A stretch of DNA of 64,000 bases, from NCBI RefSeq assembly GCF_964204645.1, contig NC_134028.1:20149245-20213244 (forward strand), given 5' to 3'. This DNA comes from Tubulanus polymorphus (Eukaryota > Animalia > Nemertea). A program made the position numbers and the translations under genes. The notes below the pieces were generated by a model. The model worked only from the letters and a program-made list of their open reading frames with translations. It had not been told where the DNA came from and did not search any database. This document shows, piece by piece, positions 53,019-64,000 of the stretch (its first letter is position 1; every line of letters starts with the position of its first letter).

Positions 53019-54756
53019 TTCAAAAGTTGAATAGCAATGAAAATTGAGATTGTCCGACCGTTTTGAAGTTCACAAAAACCTCTCTCGCGTATTGTTGTTA
53101 AAAAATCAGTAAATACCCCTCCAATGGTTTCACGTCATAGAAAACGTTCTTGTTTAAGTATTATCAATAATATCTTGATGCTAAACTTACTCATTTTGTA
53201 AAACGGATGTAGCTATGGTCCCCAGTTGCTTACAATATTAGGTAGAATGGTGGTTCTAGTTTTATCATTATAACTTTGAAATGTTCGCACAAATGGTTTA
53301 TTCAAATCAATTACCGTAATACGAATGTATGTATGTCAGTTAAACCATGATCAGAATATTCATGGTATGAGCAAAATCAGAATATGAGTCATATGGGATA
53401 GTTCTTCGGGGAACCTGAAGCGCCTATCTTAGTCCACGCAAAAAAAAGAATTGCTTGTTTCTAATTCTCATCAGTTTCATTTTCCGCGCGCGTCAAAAAT
53501 TATCGTCAGTAAAGAATGAAAATAAATATGCGCATCCCGCATGCAAAAATCTGTTTTCGTTTCTAAGTAAAACACTCCCGCACACGATAAACAACCTCAT
53601 CACACTTTTTTGATTATTTTATTCGCGGTCGCTACCCAATTGTTACTGTGGAAGGCGAGTATTTCGGTAACGAAGTGCTTTCCGACCTGATTCAAGGCCG
53701 CGTTAAGGCCTAAATTTCCCCATTCAAAAATGAGAGAATAGTCGCCCTCATCACTTATGGAATTTGGAATTAGGGTTTTTGCTCTCTTTTTAAAAAGAGG
53801 GATGTAGAAATAAAAACCTGCTGCCCTCGTCACTTTTCCACAAAAGGCTGATGAGAAACAATGGTATCTCCTTGCGTGACCTATCGATCTTCTCGAAATT
53901 GAATGGCAAAAACAAGCGCATTGATAACGATAACAATAGTTTGATTTATTCGAGCGCTGCGCTTCTTTACCGCGTTACAGCGCACAAGGTTTACATAGAT
54001 TATAACTGAATAGAGTTCATTTGATAGAAATGCGAATATATTGCGATACATACAACATTGCGCGGCAGAAAATGACATCTGTGACAAGAAAGAGAAAATA
54101 AATTCAATAGATTTCAATTCAGTATATACATTACGTTGCGTGGATGTGTATAATTCGTTAGTCCTAATCCTGAAATATATCATATAGATTACCAGGCCTG
54201 AAGCTATTGATAAGAACCTCCTGATGAATGCACCGAATGCGATGCACTTCTCCAATCGAAGAAAATGATAATGATGGACATTGTGAGTAAATAGAGCACT
54301 TGACGACAACCATTATACACAACTGGTCACTACGACTCTCCTGACTGGTCTGTCACCACATGTATAATCTAATAACTTTTTCTTAGCTTTTTCTTGCTTT
54401 GCTTATCAGCGCAAAATATATTCTAGGGTCAACAACAATTTCGGTTTTAGATTTTTCAGCTATTCATTCTGATCACAATTTGGAAATATGATCTCGCAAC
54501 CCCTCTCGGATTCCATAGCAATAGCGTACGTATTATGTATGCGAATTTCTAATGGACGACATCTGTCACATTTTACTTTCCATCCAATGCCTGAAGTTCA
54601 AAGCAACGGAAAAAATAACTTAGGTACACAGCTGTGAACGCAATAACCAATTGGCTACAATATAATCAGCTGTTTTCAAAGAAGCTGAACACAGAAACTT
54701 GATACTGGCACACGACCATTCGACGGGTTGAAATCAAATCCTGCGAGTCTAGAATT

Positions 54757-55911
54757 ATGGATAACGTAACAAACAGCACGGACAACCAAGTTCCAGATGC
54801 GTTCAGTAAAGGATTACTGGTTTTTGTCGCTTACATTTTCCCTGTTTTCTACATACAGGGAATTGCAGGCAACCTATTCGCTATATTTGTTTTCATTAAA
54901 AGCCGCAGATTGAGATTCACGGATGTATTTGATTATATATTCCCGTTATCGGTCGCCGACCTAATGTTCCTGATATTTGGGGCTTTTCTGAAGTGGCTTC
55001 ACTTGGATATGCCGCACGCTATTGGTGGAACTAGAGACATTAAAACAAACATAGTATCGACTCCGGCTTCGTGTAAAATAATCACTTATATCAGTTATAC
55101 GTCTGCTTTCATCGCTTCGTGGATCGTCGTTATTTTTACCGCTGAAAGATTCTTACGTTTGAAACTTGATTATTGTTCTTTAACAAGAAAATGTCGTCTG
55201 GTGACGCTGTCAATCTTCTCGGTTCTGGGCGGAATTCTAATGGTTCCCGTTCTGACATCGTTCAATATCGATGACGACGGTATATTCATCGAATGTTTAT
55301 ACTTTCCCTCAAATGAAGGTTTATTCAGTTATTTGGGGCCGTTTTTTCTTTACTGCGTCGTCTATACGGTACCGGTAAGTCTCGTGTGGCTCGGTAACGG
55401 AGCCATCCTAGTCGCTATGCACCGGAACCGGAACCTGAACGTCACCATGTTGGAAAGCGATGAGGGACAAAATGGACGTGATCGAATTTTGAAAAATCGT
55501 AAAATATTCATACAATTGATCGTCGTTTCTACGATGTTTCTAGTGTTCACGACTCCAGCCGCCATCTTCAGTATCTGGGACAGTGTGGTCAATTATGAAA
55601 TTACCGTGAATAATAAATTCGGATTGAGAAAGATGTATTCCGATGCTTATACCGGGGCTACTGCAGATTTCGTGTATCGATTTGTTTATTTGAATAACTG
55701 TTTTAACTACGTGGTCTATATCCTAACAGTGGACTGGTTCCGGTCTGAAGCGCGCGCGATAGTCTGCCCGAAACTCACCGGTGAAACGATCGTCGCTTAC
55801 GATGAAATGTCTGAAACAGTGGCGTTTAATACAGAAGAGCAAAGGCCGCGCAGAACAGCACCAGATAAACCCGTAGAACCAGCTGGGACAGCGGATAACG
55901 ATGAACTCTAA
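54757..55911 (+). CDS. Intronless class A GPCR, paralogue of 51867-53018, 384 aa
   Basis: Same motifs; about 33 aligned differences from the minus-strand copy by manual count; AATAAA at 55918. Confidence 0.95.
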   Translation: MDNVTNSTDNQVPDAFSKGLLVFVAYIFPVFYIQGIAGNLFAIFVFIKSRRLRFTDVFDYIFPLSVADLMFLIFGAFLKWLHLDMPHAIGGTRDIKTNIVSTPASCKIITYISYTSAFIASWIVVIFTAERFLRLKLDYCSLTRKCRLVTLSIFSVLGGILMVPVLTSFNIDDDGIFIECLYFPSNEGLFSYLGPFFLYCVVYTVPVSLVWLGNGAILVAMHRNRNLNVTMLESDEGQNGRDRILKNRKIFIQLIVVSTMFLVFTTPAAIFSIWDSVVNYEITVNNKFGLRKMYSDAYTGATADFVYRFVYLNNCFNYVVYILTVDWFRSEARAIVCPKLTGETIVAYDEMSETVAFNTEEQRPRRTAPDKPVEPAGTADNDEL

Positions 55912-57170
55912 GGTTCCAATAAAATTCGATTTAAATCATCAAAATTCGCGCTGTATCGTTATGTGGGGATCGTCCCTATTTATGAGGAACGACATCCTTG
56001 GTATATAACACAGGACTAGTTATACATTAGGCTAACTTTATCCTTCGATTATAAGACACGTCTCGCGCGTACTACTGAAAATAGTCAATACATAATAATG
56101 ATAATGTACCCTTTTTGTAATGCACCATTCTCTATGCAGACTCGTTACACCTTATGTAACTGAGTAATCATTACGATTATTCAAATGTAATTCATTGAGA
56201 CTCGGATTTCAAGCCTCTTTTCAAAGATTAATATACATTGTAGTATGTTGTCTCGATGGAATGGGTTTATGTTATTCGAGCTATATGTATTCATAAATTG
56301 TAAAATGTATATCTTTATAAAGAGGATAAGGGGCCCACGTTTGCGCAAGGTGATGACCTCGTCGAAGCATTTATTGAAATACTGGTTCGAAATACGTATA
56401 TGTATATGAATATCTATTTATTACCTTGTCTAACTACAAAAACCTGAACATATGATCATACTCCATGCAATCCATTATCAGCTATACATTAGATAACCGG
56501 TCTGTAAACGCAAGTTTCTGAGGTGTTTCCTCGCTTTTAGAATTTTTCAAGCTCTCGATCCTACTTACCTCAAAGAATTGCTTGGGTTCACATAATAAGG
56601 GTTGTTATATCATATCTCAAACAAGTTTATTCTAAGGCGGTTTTATGGTATACCATGCTTTATTTCTGCAGTCTCATCTTAATCATTAGTTTGCGTGCTG
56701 AAACTGCAACTGTATGGGCTTTTCGAAAAAGAATTTCGAAGACCTTTATGTCTCTTGATTAACCTTTTTAGGTTTTCTATCCGTTCGGCAGAAGCCCTGT
56801 CGTGATTATCATCATGTTTTGGATTCATACCTCAAAGTTCAACAAAAACGTTTCAAAGGCATTTTACTTGCACAAAGATTTTCTGTGATTTGTCCTAATT
56901 TCTCACAAAAACTCGCTAATATTATGAGTACCGGCTATATGAATAGTTTTCATAGAATATATGTCCTGTCGAGTCGACTTCAGCAATTTTCACTAAGCAC
57001 AATGCTTAATACTGATGAAAATATAACAATCTTCCTTGAAAGCACATATTCACTGTGTACTGTTATAAGCACGCTAAAATTCTAATACCAATTCGAATTA
57101 AAACAATGTTATGCGAATGTAAAACTCTGTCGAAGGAAACTCCCCTACCAGCAGGAATTGAAGTGACTCA

Positions 57171-58019
57171 TCCCTTTAAAAAGACAATGTTTTGTTTCAC
57201 GTAATAGACAATTCTGCGCCGCGATGTTATGTGCCGAAATGTCGGCAGATGGACCCACGTACACGTTAATGATGTCATCTTGGAAAACCCGGAAATCAAA
57301 ATGTGCGAATCAATTTCATTAATTTTTACAACATTGTTGTCATTATAGCTGTTAGTCGACGTTTCGGTTAGAAATGTGTGCGAAATTTTAAATGTCGTCT
57401 GGGGAAACCTGAAATAGATACAGCATTTTACATACTAATCTTACCGCGTAATACTTCATGTATATATGTATCTTGTCAGTATAGTTGATGTCACAATCAA
57501 TATACTCTAAATAATTTATTCATGCAGTCCCCATTTCATAAATTTTATTTTTGAAGTATAACAGATCAAATTGCGAATCTACTATGAAACGGAGCTTAAG
57601 TACCATGCTTATATTGTATCGAATTAAACCATATTAATAACGGGTTATCCGTGGTGACGTCATTTACATGTACGTGGCGCCATCTGCTGACATTTTGGCG
57701 CATGACATTTTGGCATATGTATCTTGTCAGTATAGTTGATGTCACAATCAATATACTCTAAATGATTTATTCATGCAGTCCCCATTTCATAAATTTTATT
57801 TTTGAAGTATAACAGATCAAATTCCGAATCTACTATGAAACGGAGCTTAAGTACCATGCTTATATTGTATCGAATTAAACCATATTAATAACGGGTTATC
57901 CGTGGTGACGTCATTTACATGTACGTGGCGCCATCTGCTGACATTTTGGCGCATGACTTCACGGCGCGGAATTGTCTTTTATGGTACGTGAAACAAACAA
58001 AAAAATTCTTTTTTAGGGA
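57171..58019. mobile_element. TIR element (about 110 bp imperfect TIRs) containing a recent 251 bp-period tandem duplication (57464-57706 / 57715-57957)
   Basis: TCCCT...GTTTCACGTA...AGACAATTC...CAGATGG is inverted at 57902-58019; the two tandem copies are almost identical. Confidence 0.8.
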
Positions 58020-59360
58020 AATGTCGCCCATAGACTTCCAAGTCGGCAGTCTGGGAATTGGAATCCTCAATATCGTAGGAAATATTCTTTTATCCTTTTA
58101 GTTTAACCCGCTTTATACATGTTGTCGAAAAGGCAATTGACGTAATATTAAAACATTTACTTCTAAGCAAATTCGAATTAAACTTAATAATTAAGGCAAA
58201 AATAAAATGATACCTCGTTTCTCCTAATCGGTCGGATCACTTTTGTAAATTGGGATACAATTTGTAATCTACCACACCTGCCCGGGAACGAAACAGGGTT
58301 CTTGACACAGCAGATCCAGTCCGATGTAATCGCTTATCGCTTTGAATTGTTATTGTCATAAAATAATGTAAGATAGTTTTTATGTTCAACAATACTCGTG
58401 AGCATATTGAGTATAAATCCAAATTGAATTCTATCGACTAATCTTAAATACTAGTAAGAATCCAGAAATTCAGTTTGTTTTTATTTTCAAAATCACGTAA
58501 GTTTAGATAGTGATATTCTAGGTATTCTAGGATCATATCAGGTAAGAAATCGCCGACACTGATTTTTGTTCGAATTTTCGATTCCCTTCATTTCGAATAT
58601 GAAGGTTTCGGCTGTGCAGAAAACACGTTATCGCTGCTTTGCAGCTATATTTGATATTTTATCATGAGTACTATCTATGTTTGTAAAATACAATACGGTT
58701 ATGGTGTTCCCGGAATAAGCGAAGTTTTATAAGGCTACAAGAACATGAGAGTTGCATACAATTGTAATTGTTAGTAGTCAATGTAAGATATATATGCGTG
58801 TGTTCTTTTCCACTTGTGGTTATTATGCAACGTGGCATTTGTCTAAATAGAATGAATAAATAAACTCCAAATTATCTTATCACCTCAACGATGTCGACAA
58901 GATACATCTTATCGAAAAGATATACAGAGAGTGACATCAAGAGATATTTACAATTATTCCTCTCATAACGAACTTATTTTCAATTTCTCCGCATTCGGTT
59001 AAACTCTAATGTATCCTTTGATCTTTTGTATCTTCCCTTACTTTTGTAATATTTTTCACTCATTTTCTGTTACTCACTCTACTTTTTCACCATCACTGAT
59101 ATTTATATACTATATATTTTCGTAAATCAACACAATACATACAAGATAGTGAATAGTCAATACTAATCGCATGATATGGTATGGTTACTTCACTTATATT
59201 CCCTATTGTTCTATTAATTACTCCCTAGTTTGCTTTGCTTGAATTTGTTTTGTTTGCAACTTTTCTATGTTGTAATAGCCCTAGTTTGCCTCGCACTAAA
59301 TAACTTAATTTGCCTCTTTGATCTTGGTATATATAAACCTCATATTTTTGTTAACTCAGT

Positions 59361-59404
59361 ATTCCTGAAGATGGCTATTATAGGTTTAATTCGAAACGTC
59401 GAAT
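59361..59404 (+). ncRNA. Degenerate minimal hammerhead ribozyme motif (Penelope-like pLTR)
   Basis: ATTC-CTGAAGA-T-ggctattataggtttaattc-GAAACGTC-GAAT: stem I ATTC/GAAT, palindromic ACGT stem III, GUC cleavage triplet, eroded stem II; followed by AATAAA. Confidence 0.5.
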
Positions 59405-61318
59405 CAATAAATTATTACATGTAGCCACGTTTTGGACTTCGGAAAATGTTTAATGAAAATTACGAATGTTCGCTCGACGAGGAGAGACGAGTGCACCATC
59501 TGTCTTAGTGCACCAGAACCCTTGTTGACACTGGAACGACCGTGCCCGCCATGTGCTACAAGATTAAGTCAACAGCACAGTCTTACGGTCGTTTCTATAC
59601 ACGGAGAATACCCTGTATTTGGCCACAAAAGAAAGATTGATTTACACAAAGGTCGTTTTGAAATCAAATTCTAGGCTCTAGAAACAACTTTTCAGGCCCG
59701 ATCATTTCTGGACCCACTGAAATCAATAACTTAAGGTCCTGAAATCTCATATTTCACCTAAATAATTTGGCCTGAATGAAGTCGAGGGTACCACATTTAT
59801 AGATGACATTATACTCCAAGAATCAGGGGCGGATCAAGAGCCTAGCAGGGCGTCGTGACAGAAGAAAGGGCAATTTACTGAGAAAACTGGCATTTCTCAC
59901 AAAGGCTTGATACGTTATAGGTGATATTTTACTGCATTTACAAGTGACCACACAAAATCACTCGATTAACCAAGGCAATATCATAAAAACCATTCGATTT
60001 GAGAATCCAATGTCGCAGATACAATAATTTGATAGAATATCGACTTGTCTTCATCTCCCAGTCGCGATGACGTAGTCCATTGAGCGAATTAGAATTAGAG
60101 TTGCACCCTTTTCAAATTCATTCACAACGAACACAAAAAAAAAACAAATTCAAATTCACAACGCATAGAATTCTATTTGTAGAGTGCCTTTTTCAACGTT
60201 TTGAACGAAAAAGCCCACGTGCCTTTCTGAAAAACCAAAATGCATAAATCTTTTGTAGATGCCTTTTTTCAACCAGTTATGCCTTTTTCAAAACATTTTG
60301 CACATGACCGTGCTTGTCGTCGAATTTTAAGCCTTATTTTCGTTTTTTTTCAAATTGCTCCAACTTCCTGTTCGCCTTTTAGTTCGGCCCTTATCAGTTG
60401 TGTTGCCCGGTATTCGGTATTGCATTTCACTGATATAGTGCCTCTCAACATCGAAATAATTCCAATTTCAGAATTTCAGAAAACAAAACTCAGAATTTGA
60501 GGGTCTTGTACAAGACTATCAATACCCCCTTGATCTGCGCCTACTATTCATTATACGTATATGAATTTAAGTTGTTTTTAGGACAAAAAAGTCGTTCTCG
60601 GGACATAGAAGTAGAATTGAGCTGAAATCAGCTTCATGTCTTCAGCATGAATTTATTGAAATACACAAAAATTACATACATTTTCCAATTCTTTTTTTCG
60701 AAATCCGAAAGTGATGGGGCCCTGGAATGGAAAAGCGTGCCCTTTTCCTATTGATCGATCTGTGGGTTTTTAAGTCGAATAGATTTCTAACGAGCCCCCG
60801 AGATGCAATCAATTGAAATAAACCTCGATAAGTGTGATCTTTTTCATCATGATGTTTGGCGAATAATTTTACCCATTTAACGGGTGTACTTTACTAATTA
60901 GAGATCGTATTGTAAATATCTGAGTGACTGCCTTAGTTGTCGAGTTATTCTACCTGTACACAGTAATCAATAACTAACTATATGAATAATTAAGTGGCTT
61001 TACATCAGCAAGAGCTTATGTTCGATACGCATACCCTATACAGCACATAGCTCTATATACACTGCACCGCCGGGGTCTCTCAATACCAATACTTATAAAA
61101 CATAGATTGCCACTTCAACAACCAGCAATAAAACACTATTTCATTCGCTGTGAATTTCTCTAATCAGAATCGGTCTGGCAGGGCGGCGCGCAAAAATGTC
61201 TTTCAAACGAGAACCAAGCGAGTGGCGGTGGTGATCGGGATGCGTATCCAAGGTAACACTAAAACATCATCAGCCAGAAGCAGCAGCAGCAGCGGCCGAT
61301 ACTGAGTCAGAGTCAGAC

Positions 61319-61374
61319 ATGAAGAATATGTTTACCGGGACTATCAGTAATACTGACTTTTGTCATCGCTACAG
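61319..61374 (+). other. Probable first exon end of a gene continuing off the right edge (next acceptor at 63957-63958)
   Basis: CpG/CAG-rich leader at 61140-61318, ATG at 61319, strong donor CAG|GTAAGA; strong acceptor cttccgtttcacttccag followed by an open phase-1 frame GLGKEMPTPLNIQY. Confidence 0.35.
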
Positions 61375-63245
61375 GTAAGAGTGTTCTGTAATCAAACTGA
61401 AAATACAATAGAATTCTCATATCGTTTAAGGGACACTAAAATTTACTACTATTATTATTATTAGTTTATTGTATCAAAAAACTAATTTTTATGATACAAC
61501 ACAATGGCGGGTACATGAAGATAATTCAAGTTTATAAATACATTAAATACATAATGTACCTAAGGTAATTGAGAAAGACCTTCCTCATAGATTTATGACA
61601 TACATACATGGCATATATCTATGTGGTCACGTATTAAATTTTACTAGTAAATGTTTAAATCTCCTCACCAGATTTACTAATTATGAAACCTGGTAAAATC
61701 AGCCTAATATTGGCTGGGCTATTGTAGAATAGAGAGGCCTTCAAAATACCCTAGCTGGTGATAGCGTGCGGCATATCCAAAACCTGACGATGCCATAAGT
61801 TCACCGTTACTTAGCCAGCTGCATGGCCATCAATCGCGTCCTTAGCAATCTGGTATAATAATATTAGACTATAGGCCTATATAGATTAGGCCTATATAGA
61901 TCGGTGTGTATGCAGACCTTATTTTGAAGACACAAATTTCGAAAAGAAACAACTAGCCTACCGACCCAATATGAGATAAAAGGTTTGAACTGAAAATGAA
62001 AATATCCTTCGATTTCAATCAGAAGTCGGCATCATTTCAGAGTAAAGCTTTGATAGCCCTACTGCGCATCTGACATTTCATCACTTAGGCCTTTTCAGTT
62101 ACTTGGAATACGGATCCGCCCTCCCGAATCCCACCAAAAACGTTGACTTCAAAAAGACTTGATTTCAGACCATCACCATTTTTCAAAAAAGAAAAAAGAG
62201 AAAAAAATATGTGTTATTCCCGTCGTAATTTTCGATCTGGTCATTGGCAAAAAAGTCAGCTTTCTTCATTTCTTCCATTATTCGAATTCAATTTCATCAG
62301 AATGTGCACTCATTTTTTAGTTTTTTTTTTGGGGGGGGGGAAGGGAGTCCTCCCGATATTTGATGTGGAAAATACTCGAGTGATAAATAATTTTCTACTT
62401 TTCTTCGGCCTCCTTCCATTCTAAAACGCCTGTAAAAAATAAAATTCGATTTTTTTTCGTTTCCCAATTCTTTTTCTTGAAAATTCCGTGCTACAATTAT
62501 CTAAAAAAGGCCTTACATAAAAAACCTCAATACCCGGTATAGAATATGAAAATTCCAATAGATTGCCAGGTGATTTGAATTTGAAATATGAAATCTCACC
62601 ATTGTAATCGATTGGATGCGTTAGGATATATTTGGCACTTAATTAAAAAGGCACTGAAAATTTGAGGTTTAATACCTCAACTCCTTAACGGGGCGTGATT
62701 TGATTTAGACCGGGTATCGCGAGCTGCTTTCAATGTTCCTGCACTCAGCCATGCTTCAGGGCCCATATCGGGACAGCCCCAATTTTTTTTGCATTACCTT
62801 TTCCCTAGGCCTACTTCACCTTATACTCCCTTATTTTACAATAACCTCAGGGTGCCCAATAAATAAGTGGTACATTTGTTTTGGCAACAATCGCAGGCCC
62901 GCCGCTTACATACCGGTCGTGTCTAGTGCGCTCCCGAGGGGATGATGGTCGGGGTCCAACACATTTTGACGGCTGCATTAAAAAAGCCTACGACGAAGAG
63001 GACTAATATATTATAGCGTTTGCATCGTCCCACAACAAAACTTCAAAACAATTCAGTTTCTTTTTCGATTGGTGCTCTTCCGGAAGCGGAATTATCTATT
63101 TTCTCCTGATCGCCGCGTTTGGTAGATCTGGGCTACGAATTCCGTATAGTCGCGATGAGTCGAGAAGATACACAATATCTGGTCCAGTTCGAAATCCCAC
63201 AATAGATTCGGCCAAAAATTAAAAGCTCTTTAGTAAAATGATATA

Positions 63246-63288
63246 TCAACGTTTCGGTTAGATACAACGGTTAGCCATCATCAGGCAA
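63246..63288 (-). ncRNA. Degenerate minimal hammerhead motif
   Basis: Minus strand CTGATGA-T-GGCTA-accgttgtatc-TAACC-GAAACGTT; stem I does not pair. Confidence 0.35.
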
Positions 63289-64000
63289 ACTTCCGTAGTC
63301 ATTTTGATGAATCAGTAAGGTTTTACGATTGGTTTGGTTGTAACGCGACCCACCAGGGGGACTGGGGGGCTGACACGCACAGCTCGGGAGAGACAGGTGT
63401 TTCAGCCAGTATAGTGGAATACGGTGCTGGTTTGTGTGTCAGCTGTGGATCGCATTGAGTATAATTAAACACATACACACAACTAGTAGGATCTAATGTT
63501 ATCAACGATCACTTGTCTCTTATCCTGACAGCCATCGTCTGTCAGTCAGTGTCATTGAAAACACTTGATTACTCAAATATATATATACAAACGGATCTTA
63601 TATTTCTATTGATAGTTTTACACTGAGGAGGGATTTGATTTACATTTTTTGAGGTTAGTCTAAAATTTTGCATCTGAAATTAGCTTTAATTTTGATTCCA
63701 AGACCTACGTAGGCTTATATGCCCTTTTTGAGTTAAGAGTGTAGGAATTATGCCTGCTTTACAACCGACACAAAGACCAAAAACTAAATCAAAATATTCT
63801 GAGTTTATTGCTGTCCTCCAAGTAGGCTTAGGCCTTTTTCACCAAGAACCTTAAGCTTTTATAGTGTACTGATGATGTAATCATACCATTGCCAGTGTAT
63901 ATAGTTTTATAATATAGTTGGACAGGATCGTATCGAGCGTCTTCCGTTTCACTTCCAGGATTGGGTAAAGAGATGCCTACCCCTTTAAATATTCAATACT

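Larger units (their letters stand above)
51160..56680. repeat. Inverted segmental duplication: arms about 51160-53018 and 54757-56680, unique spacer about 1.74 kb
   Basis: Homology covers both CDSs and about 700-770 bp of 3' flank (e.g. ACTGAAAATAGTC, GCACCATTCTCTATGCAGACTCGTTAC, GAAATACGTATATGTATATGAATATCTATTTA) and stops at the ATG. Confidence 0.9.

Noticed and set aside
53881-54309. 142 aa minus-strand ORF in the GPCR spacer
   Set aside because: Non-ATG start, AT-rich composition, no recognisable motif or splice support.
52186-55592. 75-76 aa antisense ORFs inside both GPCRs
   Set aside because: Shadow frames of the GPCR coding sequence, shared only because of the duplication.

Overview
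AT-rich, repeat-dense animal (invertebrate, probably spiralian) genomic DNA with GT-AG spliced genes; most short ORFs in the supplied track are spurious. Genes supported by the sequence: (1) a 4-exon + strand gene (about 1960/2043-6829) with an N-terminal CBM20 starch/glycogen-binding domain split by an intron; (2) a 3-exon + strand neuropeptide precursor (35887-47986, 142 aa) with a signal peptide and a long peptide ending FFHVY-GKR, resembling NKY; (3) two intronless class A GPCR paralogues head-to-head (51867-53018 minus, 54757-55911 plus) in an inverted duplication, almost identical except for a hypervariable TM6-ECL3-TM7 block; (4) possible first exons near 8258 and 61374. The rest is a mosaic of non-autonomous elements: two large foldbacks, MULE-, piggyBac-, Harbinger- and hAT-like MITEs, a palindromic B-box-containing MITE in three copies, a 5'-truncated LINE, a tRNA-derived SINE, Penelope-like fragments with minimal hammerhead ribozyme motifs, and a GIY-YIG ORF tail followed by telomere-like repeats at the left edge. 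The best candidate for an undescribed system is the neuropeptide precursor lying tail-to-tail with the GPCR pair whose ligand-facing loop has diversified; a functional link is only a hypothesis.
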